A DNA stretch of 41,061 bases from Deltaproteobacteria bacterium (lineage in GTDB: Bacteria > UBA10199 > 2-02-FULL-44-16): assembly GCA_016202335.1 (NCBI GenBank), contig JACQOX010000075.1, positions 1 through 41,061 of the forward strand. Reading direction: 5' to 3'. Made by a program: the position numbers and the translations under genes. Under the pieces are notes generated by a model. It was not told the DNA's origin. It was given only the letters and a program-made list of their open reading frames with translations, and searched no databases. Positions 15,194-25,115 of the stretch are shown one piece after another; position 1 is the stretch's first letter; each line of letters starts with the position of its first letter.

Positions 15194-15506
15194 AGAAAAA
15201 ATCTGCAAGGACCAGGCGACAACGGAAGGCTACTGTCGCCTGCATTTTTTAAAGCACTGGAAAACCATTCGCGACGACAAGAAAAAGAAGGCCGCCAAAA
15301 AGTTGAATGCCTATGTCGATTACATGCTGCGTTCCAACCCCGACAATGTGGTTGAAGCCATCCGCAGCAATATCCAAAAAGGCGAATTTAAAGATCAACC
15401 CACGCCCGATGCTGCCGACGAACCGACCTTCATCTTCGAAGACGCTGGCGCCCAAGACGAAATTCGGACGCTTTTAAAGGAATTAAAGATCGGGAAAGAG
15501 TATTAA
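15171..15506 (+). CDS. Hypothetical small protein with an N-terminal Cys/His cluster (C-x4-C-x10-C-x2-H).
   Basis: The N-terminus is MAKIRICKEKICKDQATTEGYCRLHF, followed by a Lys-rich stretch and an acidic tail. It overlaps the previous ORF by 23 nt. I recognise no family. Confidence 0.6.
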   Translation: MAKIRICKEKICKDQATTEGYCRLHFLKHWKTIRDDKKKKAAKKLNAYVDYMLRSNPDNVVEAIRSNIQKGEFKDQPTPDAADEPTFIFEDAGAQDEIRTLLKELKIGKEY

Positions 15507-17527
15507 ACCTTCCTTCGCATCGGCAATTTCATCAAACAATAACCGATAATCCCAAAGGTTGCGAATGCCAGCCAGCCGCCGGCGGTTTTGAGGAGTGCCG
15601 GTTCTTCGACGCCGAAGAAGTAGGCCGACAGCGAAGGGATGCCCACCAAGGTGAGCGCGGCCAGGGCCACACCCGTCAAGGCTTCGCCGGCGATGAGGCC
15701 CGAAGCGATGAGAGTTCCGCGGTTTTCGATAATCAGCCGTTCCTCGGGAGCAGCCTGCTTTCGATTCATCCAGCGATCCACCAACCACTTCATGACGCCA
15801 CCCACAAAGATGGCGAACGTTGTTTCAAAGGGAAGGTACATGCCGACAGCGATGAGCATGGGCGAGGGAGCTTCGATGAGGAGGAGCCCCAGTGAAAAGA
15901 ACATGCCGAAGACGACGAGTGCCCACGGCATGTCGCCGCCGACGATGCCTGTGGCGAGCTGCGCCATGAGACCAGCCTGAGGTGCCGGCAGTTTGAGATC
16001 GCCGATCCCGAGTCCTCCAGCGGCGATGTTGCCTTCGTGCAGAATGATCATCGGGAAGACCAGGAAAAACGAAACGACGATGACGCCGATGATTTCCGCG
16101 AGTTCCATCTTCCACGGTGTTCCACCGATGAGCTGGCCGATCTTTAAATCCTGAATCATGTCGCCGGACAGACAAGCGGCGCAGCAGACGATCGCGGCAA
16201 CACCCAAAACTGCAGCCACGCCAGGAAGGCCGGTCAGCCCAATGGCGATCATGACGAGGGCGGCGATGATGAGTGCGGACAGCGTGAGGCCAGAGACTGG
16301 TTGATTGGAATTGCCGACGATGCCGACGAGCCATCCGCCTACGGCTGAGAAAAGAAACCCGGTGATCACCATGATGATGGCGGTGACGATGGCTCCGCCA
16401 ATGCTTTGGGTAAAGTGGTGATAAACAAAGATCATGGGAATCAGCAAAAGTGCGGAGGCAAGAAAGATTCGACGGGGGTTTAAATCTCGTTCAAGTCGAC
16501 TTGGAGCGACGTTCGAAGCAGCGGAAGTCTTCTTCGAAAAAACACCGGAGAAGGATTTCTTCAGTGAAGATCTTAACCCCCACAGAGTTTTAAAAGATCC
16601 CACAAGCATGGCACCGACAGCGATGGGGCGGATGTGGTTATACCATGACGAATAGGCCAGCGTGGACCAGTCGGCAGGTTGGCCGTTGACAGCCAAACGC
16701 GTAGAGAGATCAGGATCCAAAAAAATGGCCAAGGGGATGAAGACCAGCCAGGCCAAGACACCGCCGGCCAGATTGATCGACGAATATTTGGGGCCGATGA
16801 TGTAGCCGACGCTGATGAGCGCGGGAGAGACGAGAGGAGTTTGGAAGAGCATCATGCCTTGGTGAGCGACATTTCCCAGGGCCTCTTTGCTGGTATTAAA
16901 GTGGTGGATCACGGATTTGGGAAATCCGATGATGAATTCCCTGGTTTCCTGAATGATGGGGAAGCCGCTGGTGTTTTTGAAAAGTTCGATGATGACGGCA
17001 ATGCCCATAGAACCGAAGACCAGAGACGCGCCTGTTTCTCCCTTCTGGCCGGCCTTCACAATTTCAAAGCAGGCATGACCTTCAGGAAAGGGAAGATCAG
17101 CGTCCACGACAAGTGTGCGGCGGAGTAAAATCACGAAGAACGTCCCCAGCAGTCCGCCAACGAGCAAGATGATCGTTGTTTCCCAATAGTGAAAATGGGT
17201 CCACAGTTTTTGCCCGCCGAGGGATGCCATTAAGAAAGCAGGAATCGTAAAAATGGCACCTGCCACCAAGGCTTCGCCAACGGAAGCTGTGGTGCGGGCG
17301 ATATTTTGTTCGAGGATCGATCCCCTGAGAAAGGGAATGCGAAAGGCAGCGATGGCGATGACCGCGGCGGGGAAGGATGCGGCAATGGTCATTCCTGCCT
17401 TGAGCCCCAAATAGGCATTGGCTGCCCCGAGGACCACGGCCATGATGAGTCCCAGCAAAATAGCTTTGACTGTGAGCTCGCGCTCTTGGCTGTGTTCATC
17501 AACGTAGGGTTTTACGTGGTTGGACAT
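15503..17527 (-). CDS. OPT-family oligopeptide transporter.
   Basis: It is 674 aa and polytopic. The N-terminus (RELTVKAILLGLIMAVVLGAANAYLGLKAGMTIAASFPAAV) and overall layout are typical of bacterial OPT transporters. It is a paralog of the adjacent gene. Confidence 0.9.
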   Translation of the reverse strand: MSNHVKPYVDEHSQERELTVKAILLGLIMAVVLGAANAYLGLKAGMTIAASFPAAVIAIAAFRIPFLRGSILEQNIARTTASVGEALVAGAIFTIPAFLMASLGGQKLWTHFHYWETTIILLVGGLLGTFFVILLRRTLVVDADLPFPEGHACFEIVKAGQKGETGASLVFGSMGIAVIIELFKNTSGFPIIQETREFIIGFPKSVIHHFNTSKEALGNVAHQGMMLFQTPLVSPALISVGYIIGPKYSSINLAGGVLAWLVFIPLAIFLDPDLSTRLAVNGQPADWSTLAYSSWYNHIRPIAVGAMLVGSFKTLWGLRSSLKKSFSGVFSKKTSAASNVAPSRLERDLNPRRIFLASALLLIPMIFVYHHFTQSIGGAIVTAIIMVITGFLFSAVGGWLVGIVGNSNQPVSGLTLSALIIAALVMIAIGLTGLPGVAAVLGVAAIVCCAACLSGDMIQDLKIGQLIGGTPWKMELAEIIGVIVVSFFLVFPMIILHEGNIAAGGLGIGDLKLPAPQAGLMAQLATGIVGGDMPWALVVFGMFFSLGLLLIEAPSPMLIAVGMYLPFETTFAIFVGGVMKWLVDRWMNRKQAAPEERLIIENRGTLIASGLIAGEALTGVALAALTLVGIPSLSAYFFGVEEPALLKTAGGWLAFATFGIIGYCLMKLPMRRKV

Positions 17528-17553
17528 GTTCGCCTCTTCGAGAAATGTGCATG

Positions 17554-17584
17554 AAAAAAGGGCCAGCGATGTACTGGCCCTTTT
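17554..17584 (-). terminator. Rho-independent terminator between the two OPT genes.
   Basis: On the - strand the stem is GGGCCAG, the loop is tacatcg, and the closing arm is CTGGCCC followed by TTTTTT. The stem spans 17560-17580 and the T-tract is the complement of A17554-17559. The + strand also has TTTT after the stem. Confidence 0.7.
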
Positions 17585-17609
17585 GGTCGATCATTCACAT
17601 GGCCAGTGT

Positions 17610-19547
17610 TTAGTCCTCAACCTTCTTCACCGCAGCCTTAAAGAGGAATCCGCACAGCACAGCGAAGACGATGACGGGGAGGAGTCCATCCAGTAATGGG
17701 CCGTAGGTTTCCCCCAGGTGATAACGTTCACCGACATTGAGGAGTGTGGCGTAAGCACCTTCATTGATCCCCGCAAGCACCGCGATGGCTATGCCGGCCA
17801 AGGAACCGCCAGCCACGAGCCCGGTGGAGTAAAGCATACCGGAGCTGATTTCGCCTTCTTCCTGTTTCTTTTTCGTCACTGCGCTGACCAGGGCATTGAC
17901 CATACCGCCGATGAAGATCGGCATGGTGGTGGCCAGAGGGAGGTAAGCCCCGACCGCGACAGGCAGCGAACGCACGCCGCAGAGTTCAATGACCACGGAA
18001 ATGAGGGCTCCCACAAACACCAGTCCCCAAGGCAATTCTTGAGCCAGCAGACCTTTGATTAGGGTTGCCATGAGGGTTGCCTGAGGGGCCGCCAATTTTT
18101 CAGAACCGATGGGGCCGTAGGGCGAGTTGTGCAACATGAGCAGGGTCAGACCAACCACGATGACGGAAGTGACGACGCCGATGAGAAGACCAAGCTGCTG
18201 TTTGTACGGGGTTGCGCCGACGATGTAGCCTGTTTTGAGATCTTGACTGGTGGCGCCGCCGTTTGCAGAGGCGATGCAGACGATGGCACCGACGAAGAGT
18301 GCCAAGGCTTGATAGGATTCGCCCGTCCAGCCGAGTGACACGAAAATCAAACAGGTGGCCATGATCGTGGCGATGGTCATGCCTGAAATTGGATTGGAGG
18401 ATGAACCGATGATGCCCACGATGCGGCTCGAAACCGTGACAAAGAAGAAACCAAAGATGACGATCAGGGCAGACATGAGGATGCGAGAAGTAAACTCACC
18501 GGGGAGTTGCGGCAAGAATGCAAAGCCGACGGCCAAGGCGAGGGAGCCGATCAAAACGGTTTTCATCGGCATGTCGCGTTCCGTACGGCTTTGTTTGCCG
18601 TCGGCCGCTGAACCTTTGAAGCTCTTGAAGCTACCGGCGAACGAAGAGATGATCGTCGGGATGGTGCGAATCAAGGTGAAGAGACCACCGGCGGCAACAG
18701 CACCTGCGCCGATGTAACGGACGTAACCGCGGTAAATTTCCGTGACCGACATTTCAGAAATCAATTTTTCCTTCCAACCCGGAAGGAGTACAGTTTGCAA
18801 TTGATCGCCAAAGAGGGTGATCAAGGGGATGAGCACCATCCAGGAGAGTACGGAACCGGCAACGATGCGGGAAGCGCCCAGAGGGCCGATGATGTACCCT
18901 ACGCCGAGGTATTCAGGAGTGATTTCAGAATTGATGGTGGCATTGGGAAACTGGCTTGTTCTTGCCGTGGTGAAAGACGGTGTGTCTTTCCACAGGCCAA
19001 ACACGCTCATCATGAGTTTGTAGGCGATGGAGATCCAGAGTCCGGAGAAGACCATTTTGGCGAGATTTCCGCCCTTTTCGCCGGCGACGAGAACTTCAGC
19101 GCAGGCCGTGCCTTCCGGGTAAGGAAGGGTTCCGTGTTCCTGGACGATCAAGGTTCGGCGAAGCGGGATCATGAACAACACGCCGAGGATACCGCCGGCG
19201 AGCGCCAAGGTCAGGATGTGAAAATATTGAAAGTATTGGTCGGCATTGGTGAGAAACGTGAGCGCTGGGACCGTGAAAACGACACCAGCGGCGATGGACT
19301 CACCGGCGGAGCCGATCGTTTGAACAATGTTGTTTTCAAGGATAGTTGAACGGCCAATTTTTTTGAAGACGGCGATGGCCAGCACTGCGATGGGAATCGA
19401 GGCCGATACCGTGAGGCCGGCGCGGAGTGCCAGATACACGGTTGAGGCGCCAAAGATGACGCCAAAGATGATGCCAAGGATGATTGCTTTAAACGAAAAC
19501 TCTGCCAACGACTCTTCTGCTGCTACGAACGGTTTAAAGTTTGCCAT
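17610..19547 (-). CDS. OPT-family oligopeptide transporter (second, upstream paralog).
   Basis: ATG 19547 is preceded by AAGGAGG with 6-nt spacing. The ORF-track start at 19613 has no ribosome-binding site. The sequence is collinear with the neighbouring OPT (FSFKAIILGIIFGVIFGASTVYLALRAGLTVSASIP). Confidence 0.9.
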   Translation of the reverse strand: MANFKPFVAAEESLAEFSFKAIILGIIFGVIFGASTVYLALRAGLTVSASIPIAVLAIAVFKKIGRSTILENNIVQTIGSAGESIAAGVVFTVPALTFLTNADQYFQYFHILTLALAGGILGVLFMIPLRRTLIVQEHGTLPYPEGTACAEVLVAGEKGGNLAKMVFSGLWISIAYKLMMSVFGLWKDTPSFTTARTSQFPNATINSEITPEYLGVGYIIGPLGASRIVAGSVLSWMVLIPLITLFGDQLQTVLLPGWKEKLISEMSVTEIYRGYVRYIGAGAVAAGGLFTLIRTIPTIISSFAGSFKSFKGSAADGKQSRTERDMPMKTVLIGSLALAVGFAFLPQLPGEFTSRILMSALIVIFGFFFVTVSSRIVGIIGSSSNPISGMTIATIMATCLIFVSLGWTGESYQALALFVGAIVCIASANGGATSQDLKTGYIVGATPYKQQLGLLIGVVTSVIVVGLTLLMLHNSPYGPIGSEKLAAPQATLMATLIKGLLAQELPWGLVFVGALISVVIELCGVRSLPVAVGAYLPLATTMPIFIGGMVNALVSAVTKKKQEEGEISSGMLYSTGLVAGGSLAGIAIAVLAGINEGAYATLLNVGERYHLGETYGPLLDGLLPVIVFAVLCGFLFKAAVKKVED

Positions 19548-19671
19548 GCCGCGCCTCCTTAAAATTTTTCTGTAAATGTCGGAACCAAGATAAAATTGCA
19601 ACAGATTTAACATGAAAGAGTTCTTCTAAGTTGCCTTGACGAAAGAGCATCTCCTCTGGTAGCCGCCCGGC

Positions 19672-21024
19672 ATGGAAAATCCCGGGAAGAAAGCTGTCTA
19701 CATCAAGACCTTTGGCTGTCAGATGAACGAACGCGACAGCCAGGCCATGGAAAATCGCCTCTTGCGGGAAGGCTATGCGGTTGCTGTTCGGCAGGAAGAC
19801 GCTGACCTCATCCTTTTTAATACCTGTACGATCCGCGATAAGGCCTATCAAAAGGCCATGAGCGACATCGGTCGGTCGGCGGTTCATAAAAAGACGCGTG
19901 GTGCCAAGATCGGGATCTGTGGCTGTGTAGCGACGCAGTCGAAAGATGCCTTGCTCACGCGCTTTCGCCATGTCGATTTTGTCTTGGGGCCTGATCATAT
20001 CGCCGAACTGCCGATGATCGTTGCGGAAGCCAGTGCCGGAAGCCGCAGCGCTCAGGCCGATCATGTCGATGACCCGGGGAAATATGTCTTTATCGATGGG
20101 GCTTCAAAAGAAAGCATTGCAACGGCGTCAGCTTTCGTCACCATCATGAAGGGCTGCAATTACGCCTGCAGTTACTGCATCGTGCCGAGTGTTCGCGGAA
20201 AAGAAGTCTGCCGGCCTGCGGATGATATCCTCGCGGAAGTCAAACAACTGGTGGAGCGCGGGGTCAAGGAAGTGACGTTGCTCGGGCAGAATGTTGCGGA
20301 CTATAAGGCCTTGCCGGAAATGAGTGAAGGTCAGCCGCGCATGAAGCTTGGCTGGTTGGTGCGCTACTTGTCGTCTCGAAGTTCCATCCATCGCCTTCGA
20401 TTCACCTCTCCCCATCCGCGCGATATCGACGACGATCTCATCGCGGCGTATCGCGATGAAACCGTACTATGCGATCACATCCACCTTCCGGTGCAATCTG
20501 GCAGCAACCGTGTGCTCAAGGCCATGCGGCGGAGATATACCCGCGAGCGCTATCTGGACTTAGTCGATAAACTGCGCACAGCGCGACCCGGCATCGCCAT
20601 TACCACCGACATGATCGTAGGATTCCCGACGGAAACCGAAGCGGAATTTGAGGAGAGCATGGACCTCATCGAACGCGTTCAGTTTGATCAAATTTACGCG
20701 TTTGCCTATTCGCCTCGTCCAGGAACTCACGCGGCGACGATATTTGCTGACGATGTACCAGTGACCGACAAACAGCGGCGACTTTCGGCGCTCTTTGATC
20801 TCGAACGGACCTGCGCCCGGCAAAAAAACGAGGCCTGTGTCGGCGAAACAAAACACGTGCTTGTGACATCGATTGATCCAAAAAAACCCGGCTATTACAC
20901 CGGCAGAAGCTCTGATAACCGAATCGTGAATTTTCCCAGTGAAATAAATTGTATTGGGAATATAGTGCCCGTACACATCACCAAGGCGAGAGGTCATTCG
21001 CTGACAGGGGAATGGAAACCATGA
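19672..21024 (+). CDS. miaB: tRNA-2-methylthio-N6-dimethylallyladenosine synthase (radical SAM methylthiotransferase).
   Basis: The N-terminal UPF0004 domain carries KTFGCQMNERDS. The radical-SAM motif is CNYACSYCIVP. A C-terminal TRAM-like domain is present. Confidence 0.95.
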   Translation: MENPGKKAVYIKTFGCQMNERDSQAMENRLLREGYAVAVRQEDADLILFNTCTIRDKAYQKAMSDIGRSAVHKKTRGAKIGICGCVATQSKDALLTRFRHVDFVLGPDHIAELPMIVAEASAGSRSAQADHVDDPGKYVFIDGASKESIATASAFVTIMKGCNYACSYCIVPSVRGKEVCRPADDILAEVKQLVERGVKEVTLLGQNVADYKALPEMSEGQPRMKLGWLVRYLSSRSSIHRLRFTSPHPRDIDDDLIAAYRDETVLCDHIHLPVQSGSNRVLKAMRRRYTRERYLDLVDKLRTARPGIAITTDMIVGFPTETEAEFEESMDLIERVQFDQIYAFAYSPRPGTHAATIFADDVPVTDKQRRLSALFDLERTCARQKNEACVGETKHVLVTSIDPKKPGYYTGRSSDNRIVNFPSEINCIGNIVPVHITKARGHSLTGEWKP

Positions 21025-21563
21025 TCATTGACGATAAAGACAATAAAATTGAAGGTCAGAATGAGCTTGTGGCCATGAAGGTGACAGGTCTGACAATTGA
21101 CCCTTTTACCAGTATGCCCATCATTATCCTCAAAGACTTTGAGGATAAATGTGCGTTGCCCATTTGGATCGGTCTCATCGAAGCTTCATCCATTGCCACG
21201 GAGCTGGAAAATATCCAACTGGCAAGGCCCATGACCCATGATCTTTTAAAGTCGATCTTTGATGAACTCGGTGTCAAGGTTCAAAAAATCTCGGTCGTCG
21301 ATTTGGAGGACAATACGTTCTATGCAGAAATCGCCCTGGCGAACGGAAACAAACACTGGGTCATCGATGCCCGGCCTTCCGACGCTATTGCCATTGCCCT
21401 TCGCATGCATGCGCCTATTTTTGTCACCAAAAAGGTCATCGAGAAATCGCGTAAAATCGATCTCTCTCAGGAATCGACGTCTGACGACCAGGTCAAGAAA
21501 CAAAAATGGACCGAAATCCTCGAAAATCTTTCCCCTGAAGACTTTGGAAAATACAAAATGTAA
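21021..21563 (+). CDS. Bifunctional nuclease (BFN/DUF151) family protein.
   Basis: It has an ATGA overlap with the miaB stop. AGGGGA is at 21005-21010. Family-typical motifs are present: PIIILKD, LPIWIG..EA, PMTHDL and IDARPSDAIAIALR. ATG 21012 is an alternative start. Confidence 0.8.
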   Translation: MIIDDKDNKIEGQNELVAMKVTGLTIDPFTSMPIIILKDFEDKCALPIWIGLIEASSIATELENIQLARPMTHDLLKSIFDELGVKVQKISVVDLEDNTFYAEIALANGNKHWVIDARPSDAIAIALRMHAPIFVTKKVIEKSRKIDLSQESTSDDQVKKQKWTEILENLSPEDFGKYKM

Positions 21564-21591
21564 CGCCGTGTTTGTCCCGGAAGGAGATGCC

Positions 21592-22098
21592 ATGACGCTG
21601 ATGACCTTTGAAACGATGTACCCCTCTGTTCACCCGCAAGCTTTTATTGCGGACAATGCCTCGGTCATCGGCAATGTTCGGCTCGAAAAAAATACAGGGG
21701 TCTGGTTTGGGGCTGTGCTCCGCGGTGATTCCAATGCCATCGTCGTCGGCGAAGGGTCCAACATTCAGGATCTGTCGGTGTTGCATGTCGATCACGATCA
21801 CGCGCTTACGCTCGGGCAGGGGGTTACGGTTGGCCATCGCGCCATTTTGCATGGGTGTACGATTGAAGACCGTGTGCTCGTCGGCATGGGAGCGATCATC
21901 ATGAATGGCGTTGTCATTGGGACGGGATCGATTATTGGTGCCGGTGCGCTTATTCCTGAAGGAGTCGTGATTCCGCCGAACTCGCTCGTCATCGGTTTTC
22001 CGGGGAAAGTGAAACGGACGCTTTCAATGGAAGAGATTCAAAGCATTGGAGCCAATGCCGAACATTACGTAAAACTTTCCAAACGATACCAAGGATAA
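21592..22098 (+). CDS. Gamma-class carbonic anhydrase family (left-handed beta-helix) protein.
   Basis: GGAAGGAG lies upstream of ATG 21592. Hexapeptide repeats are present (NASVIGNVRLEKNTGVWFGAVLRGD..., HVDHDHALTLGQGVTVGH). The longer 21259 ORF overlaps the BFN gene out of frame. Confidence 0.85.
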   Translation: MTLMTFETMYPSVHPQAFIADNASVIGNVRLEKNTGVWFGAVLRGDSNAIVVGEGSNIQDLSVLHVDHDHALTLGQGVTVGHRAILHGCTIEDRVLVGMGAIIMNGVVIGTGSIIGAGALIPEGVVIPPNSLVIGFPGKVKRTLSMEEIQSIGANAEHYVKLSKRYQG

Positions 22099-23172
22099 AT
22101 GATGCTCTTTCCCCTTTTTCGAAAAACATTGTTGGACACGCCGCTCATCAAGCCCGGAGAAAAAGTCGTCCTCGCTATTTCCGGTGGTCTTGATTCCATG
22201 GTGCTTTTGCACCTCTTTACCCGAGTGCGCGAAGAGCTTGATCTGGAGCTTTTTGTGACTCACGTGAACTACGGTCTGCGCGGCAATGATTCCCTGGAAG
22301 ATGAACGCCTGGTCCAAGCAACCTGTGAGCGCCTGAGAATTCCATTTTTTGTGAAGCATTGGTCGCAGGAAAAAAACGAAAATTTTCAAAATGACGCCCG
22401 CAACTTTCGACATCAGTTTTTTGCGGAGATTGCTGTTTCGCAGGATGCGCACGCCATCGCCACGGCCCATCATGCCGACGACCAGGTGGAAACGATTTTA
22501 CTTCATCTCATCCGGGGAACAGGTCTTCAAGGCTTATGCGGAATGCCGATGTGTGAGCCTTTGAGTGAAGGGAAATTGATTCGTCCGCTGCTCGACGTCT
22601 CGCGGGAAGTTTTGGAACAATATGCAAAACAGGAATCCGTGACCTTTCAGAACGACATCAGCAACGATACGCTGAGTTATCGCCGTAACGTCATCCGCCA
22701 TCAGATGATGCCGCTCTTTCGCGAGCTGAATCCGAATATGACGACGACGCTTGTCGACATGGGAAAGCGTCTCACCGCTGATCATGACATGCTTCAACGG
22801 CTGGCAGTGGAAACGCTTGCCGAAGCGACCCTGTTTTCCGATGAATCCCATTATCGATTTTCGCGAGCCGTGTTTGCCTCTGTGCCGAAATCGCTTCGCG
22901 TGCGCATGCTGTCGCTCATCTTTGACCAACTTTCAAAGGGAGCAGGGCATCTCAATGCCGATCAATACGAACGGATGAGTGACATTATCCTTTCAGGGAA
23001 ACAGGCCGGGGAATACAGCCTGCCATCGCCGTGGGTGTTTCAGCGAAGTGGAGAAGAACTTTCGATTTCCATGGATCACCGAAACTCGTGTTGCGTTTCG
23101 GCGAAAGAAAACGGTAAGAGTGCGGGTCTTTTAAACGAGGGGAAATATGTCGAGACGACGCAAAAACAATAA
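22099..23172 (+). CDS. tilS: tRNA(Ile)-lysidine synthase.
   Basis: The PP-loop is [15 protein letters not shown], with [11 protein letters not shown] downstream. It lies immediately upstream of ftsH, which is conserved synteny. Confidence 0.9.
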   Translation: MMLFPLFRKTLLDTPLIKPGEKVVLAISGGLDSMVLLHLFTRVREELDLELFVTHVNYGLRGNDSLEDERLVQATCERLRIPFFVKHWSQEKNENFQNDARNFRHQFFAEIAVSQDAHAIATAHHADDQVETILLHLIRGTGLQGLCGMPMCEPLSEGKLIRPLLDVSREVLEQYAKQESVTFQNDISNDTLSYRRNVIRHQMMPLFRELNPNMTTTLVDMGKRLTADHDMLQRLAVETLAEATLFSDESHYRFSRAVFASVPKSLRVRMLSLIFDQLSKGAGHLNADQYERMSDIILSGKQAGEYSLPSPWVFQRSGEELSISMDHRNSCCVSAKENGKSAGLLNEGKYVETTQKQ

Positions 23173-25093
23173 TGATAATCGGAAGGGCCAACGGACGTTT
23201 GCCCTGTGGGCCATCATCATCTTGATGGTCATGACCCTGATGCATTTTATCAACCAGCCGATCACGAGTTCCGAAAAAGTGACGTTTTCAGAATTGCTGA
23301 CCGCACTGGGGAATAACCAAGTCGAATCCATCCTCATCCAAGATGATCAATACAGTGGAAAATTTAAAACATCTTATCAAAACGGTGCGCGCTTTGAAAC
23401 CGTGGGGCCGGCGAACAGCGAACAGATGCTGACTAAACTTGCGGCCACAGACGCCAAGGTCGAATACCAGAAAAAAATGGAAACGCCGTTCTGGCAGCAC
23501 CTTTTGATTTCATGGCTGCCGATGCTCTTGCTGTTTGGACTGTTCTTTTTCTCCATGCGTCAGATTCAAGTTGGCGGCGGCAAGGCCATGAGCTTTGGCC
23601 GCAGTAAGGCGAGACTTCTGCAGGATACGCAGAAGCACGTGACCTTTAAAGATGTTGCTGGCGTGGAAGAAGCCAAAGAGGAGCTCGAAGAGATCATCGA
23701 ATTTTTGCGTGATCCCAAAAAATTCACTAAACTGGGCGGGCGTATTCCCAAGGGCGTGCTCCTCATGGGGTCCCCTGGAACCGGGAAGACCTTGCTTGCT
23801 CGCGCGGTGGCAGGTGAGGCCAAAGTTCCCTTCTTTTCAATTTCTGGATCTGATTTTGTCGAGATGTTCGTCGGCGTTGGAGCGAGCCGCGTGCGCGATC
23901 TCTTTGAACAGGGTAAGAAAAATGCGCCCTGCATCATCTTTATCGACGAAATCGATGCCGTAGGCCGTCATCGTGGCGCAGGTATCGGCGGTGGGCACGA
24001 TGAGCGCGAACAGACGCTCAATCAATTACTCGTGGAGATGGACGGTTTTGAATCCAATGAAGGCGTGATCATCATGGCGGCGACCAATCGACCTGATGTG
24101 CTCGATCCTGCACTGCTCCGCCCGGGCCGCTTTGACCGTCGCGTGGTGGTGGCGCGCCCGGACGTCAAAGGCCGCGAAGAGATCCTGCGTGTGCACAGCC
24201 GTAATAAGCCAATGGACCCAGCCGTGGATCTGACCGTCATCGCCCGTGGGACGCCAGGGTTTTCCGGGGCTGATCTGGAAAGTGTGGTCAATGAAGCTGC
24301 GCTCCTCGCTGCCCGCCACAACCGTTCGACGATTCTCATGAGCGACTTTGAACTGGCAAAAGACAAAGTGCTGATGGGCACAGAACGCCGCAGCATGATG
24401 ATCTCGGAAGAAGAAAAGAAAAATACCGCCTTCCATGAAGCCGGGCACACGCTTGTGGCAAAGCTCATTCCCGGAACCGACCCCATCCACAAGGTGACCA
24501 TCATCCCGCGTGGGATGGCCCTCGGCGTGACGCAGCAATTGCCGACCGATGACCGCTACACCCAGAACCGCCGCTTCTGTGAAAACTCCATCGCCATCCT
24601 CATGGGCGGTCGAGCCGCCGAAGAAATCGTCTTCGATCAACCCACGACCGGTGCTGGGAACGACATCGAACGTGCGACGGAACTCGCTCGCCGCATGGTC
24701 TGCGAATGGGGGATGAGCGAAAAAATGGGCCCTCTGGCGTTCGGAAAAAAGGATGAACAGATTTTTCTCGGAAAGGAACTCTCCACCCACAAAGATTACA
24801 GTGACGCTACGGCCGAGCAGATCGATTCTGAGATCCGCAGCATTGTCCAAACCGGTCATGCACGCGCAAAAGATCTCATTCAACAACACCGCGAACAGCT
24901 CGACCGTTTGGCCTTGGCGCTGTTGGAATTTGAGTCCCTCGACGGGATTCAAATCGAACAGATCATGAAGGGTGAGAAAGTGACCTTTTTGCCCGGTGCT
25001 GCGGCTCCCCTAAAATCAAAAACCCACAAAGAAGTGGTTCAGAGTCCCATTGAGCCTTCCGAGGCCTCGATCCCGCTTCCTGAGAAAGCTTAA
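23147..25093 (+). CDS. ftsH: ATP-dependent zinc metalloprotease FtsH.
   Basis: It has two N-terminal TM segments. Walker A is GSPGTGKT and Walker B is IIFIDEIDA. The SRH region is present and the Zn site is HEAGH. The ribosome-binding site is GAGGGGA. Confidence 0.97.
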   Translation: MSRRRKNNNDNRKGQRTFALWAIIILMVMTLMHFINQPITSSEKVTFSELLTALGNNQVESILIQDDQYSGKFKTSYQNGARFETVGPANSEQMLTKLAATDAKVEYQKKMETPFWQHLLISWLPMLLLFGLFFFSMRQIQVGGGKAMSFGRSKARLLQDTQKHVTFKDVAGVEEAKEELEEIIEFLRDPKKFTKLGGRIPKGVLLMGSPGTGKTLLARAVAGEAKVPFFSISGSDFVEMFVGVGASRVRDLFEQGKKNAPCIIFIDEIDAVGRHRGAGIGGGHDEREQTLNQLLVEMDGFESNEGVIIMAATNRPDVLDPALLRPGRFDRRVVVARPDVKGREEILRVHSRNKPMDPAVDLTVIARGTPGFSGADLESVVNEAALLAARHNRSTILMSDFELAKDKVLMGTERRSMMISEEEKKNTAFHEAGHTLVAKLIPGTDPIHKVTIIPRGMALGVTQQLPTDDRYTQNRRFCENSIAILMGGRAAEEIVFDQPTTGAGNDIERATELARRMVCEWGMSEKMGPLAFGKKDEQIFLGKELSTHKDYSDATAEQIDSEIRSIVQTGHARAKDLIQQHREQLDRLALALLEFESLDGIQIEQIMKGEKVTFLPGAAAPLKSKTHKEVVQSPIEPSEASIPLPEKA

Positions 25094-25115
25094 AACCAAA
25101 AGGGGGACATTCCCC

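Noticed and set aside
21259-21591. An N-terminal extension of the gamma-CA ORF, giving a 279-aa version that starts at 21259.
   Set aside because: The extension overlaps the well-supported BFN nuclease gene in another frame and has junk-like composition. The homologous LbH sequence begins at ATG 21592, which has a GGAAGGAG ribosome-binding site.
24026-24952. A long antisense ORF (308 aa) inside ftsH. Similar shadow ORFs occur at 4907-5863 (rpsA), 26997-27836 (nnrD), 12730-13308 (mutS), 3260-3901 (beta-CASP), 15825-16334 and 16679-17128 (OPT).
   Set aside because: All lie fully inside strongly supported genes on the opposite strand or in another frame. Their composition is Arg/Gly/His-rich and low-complexity, and they lack ribosome-binding sites. 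These are typical shadow ORFs of moderately GC-rich coding DNA.
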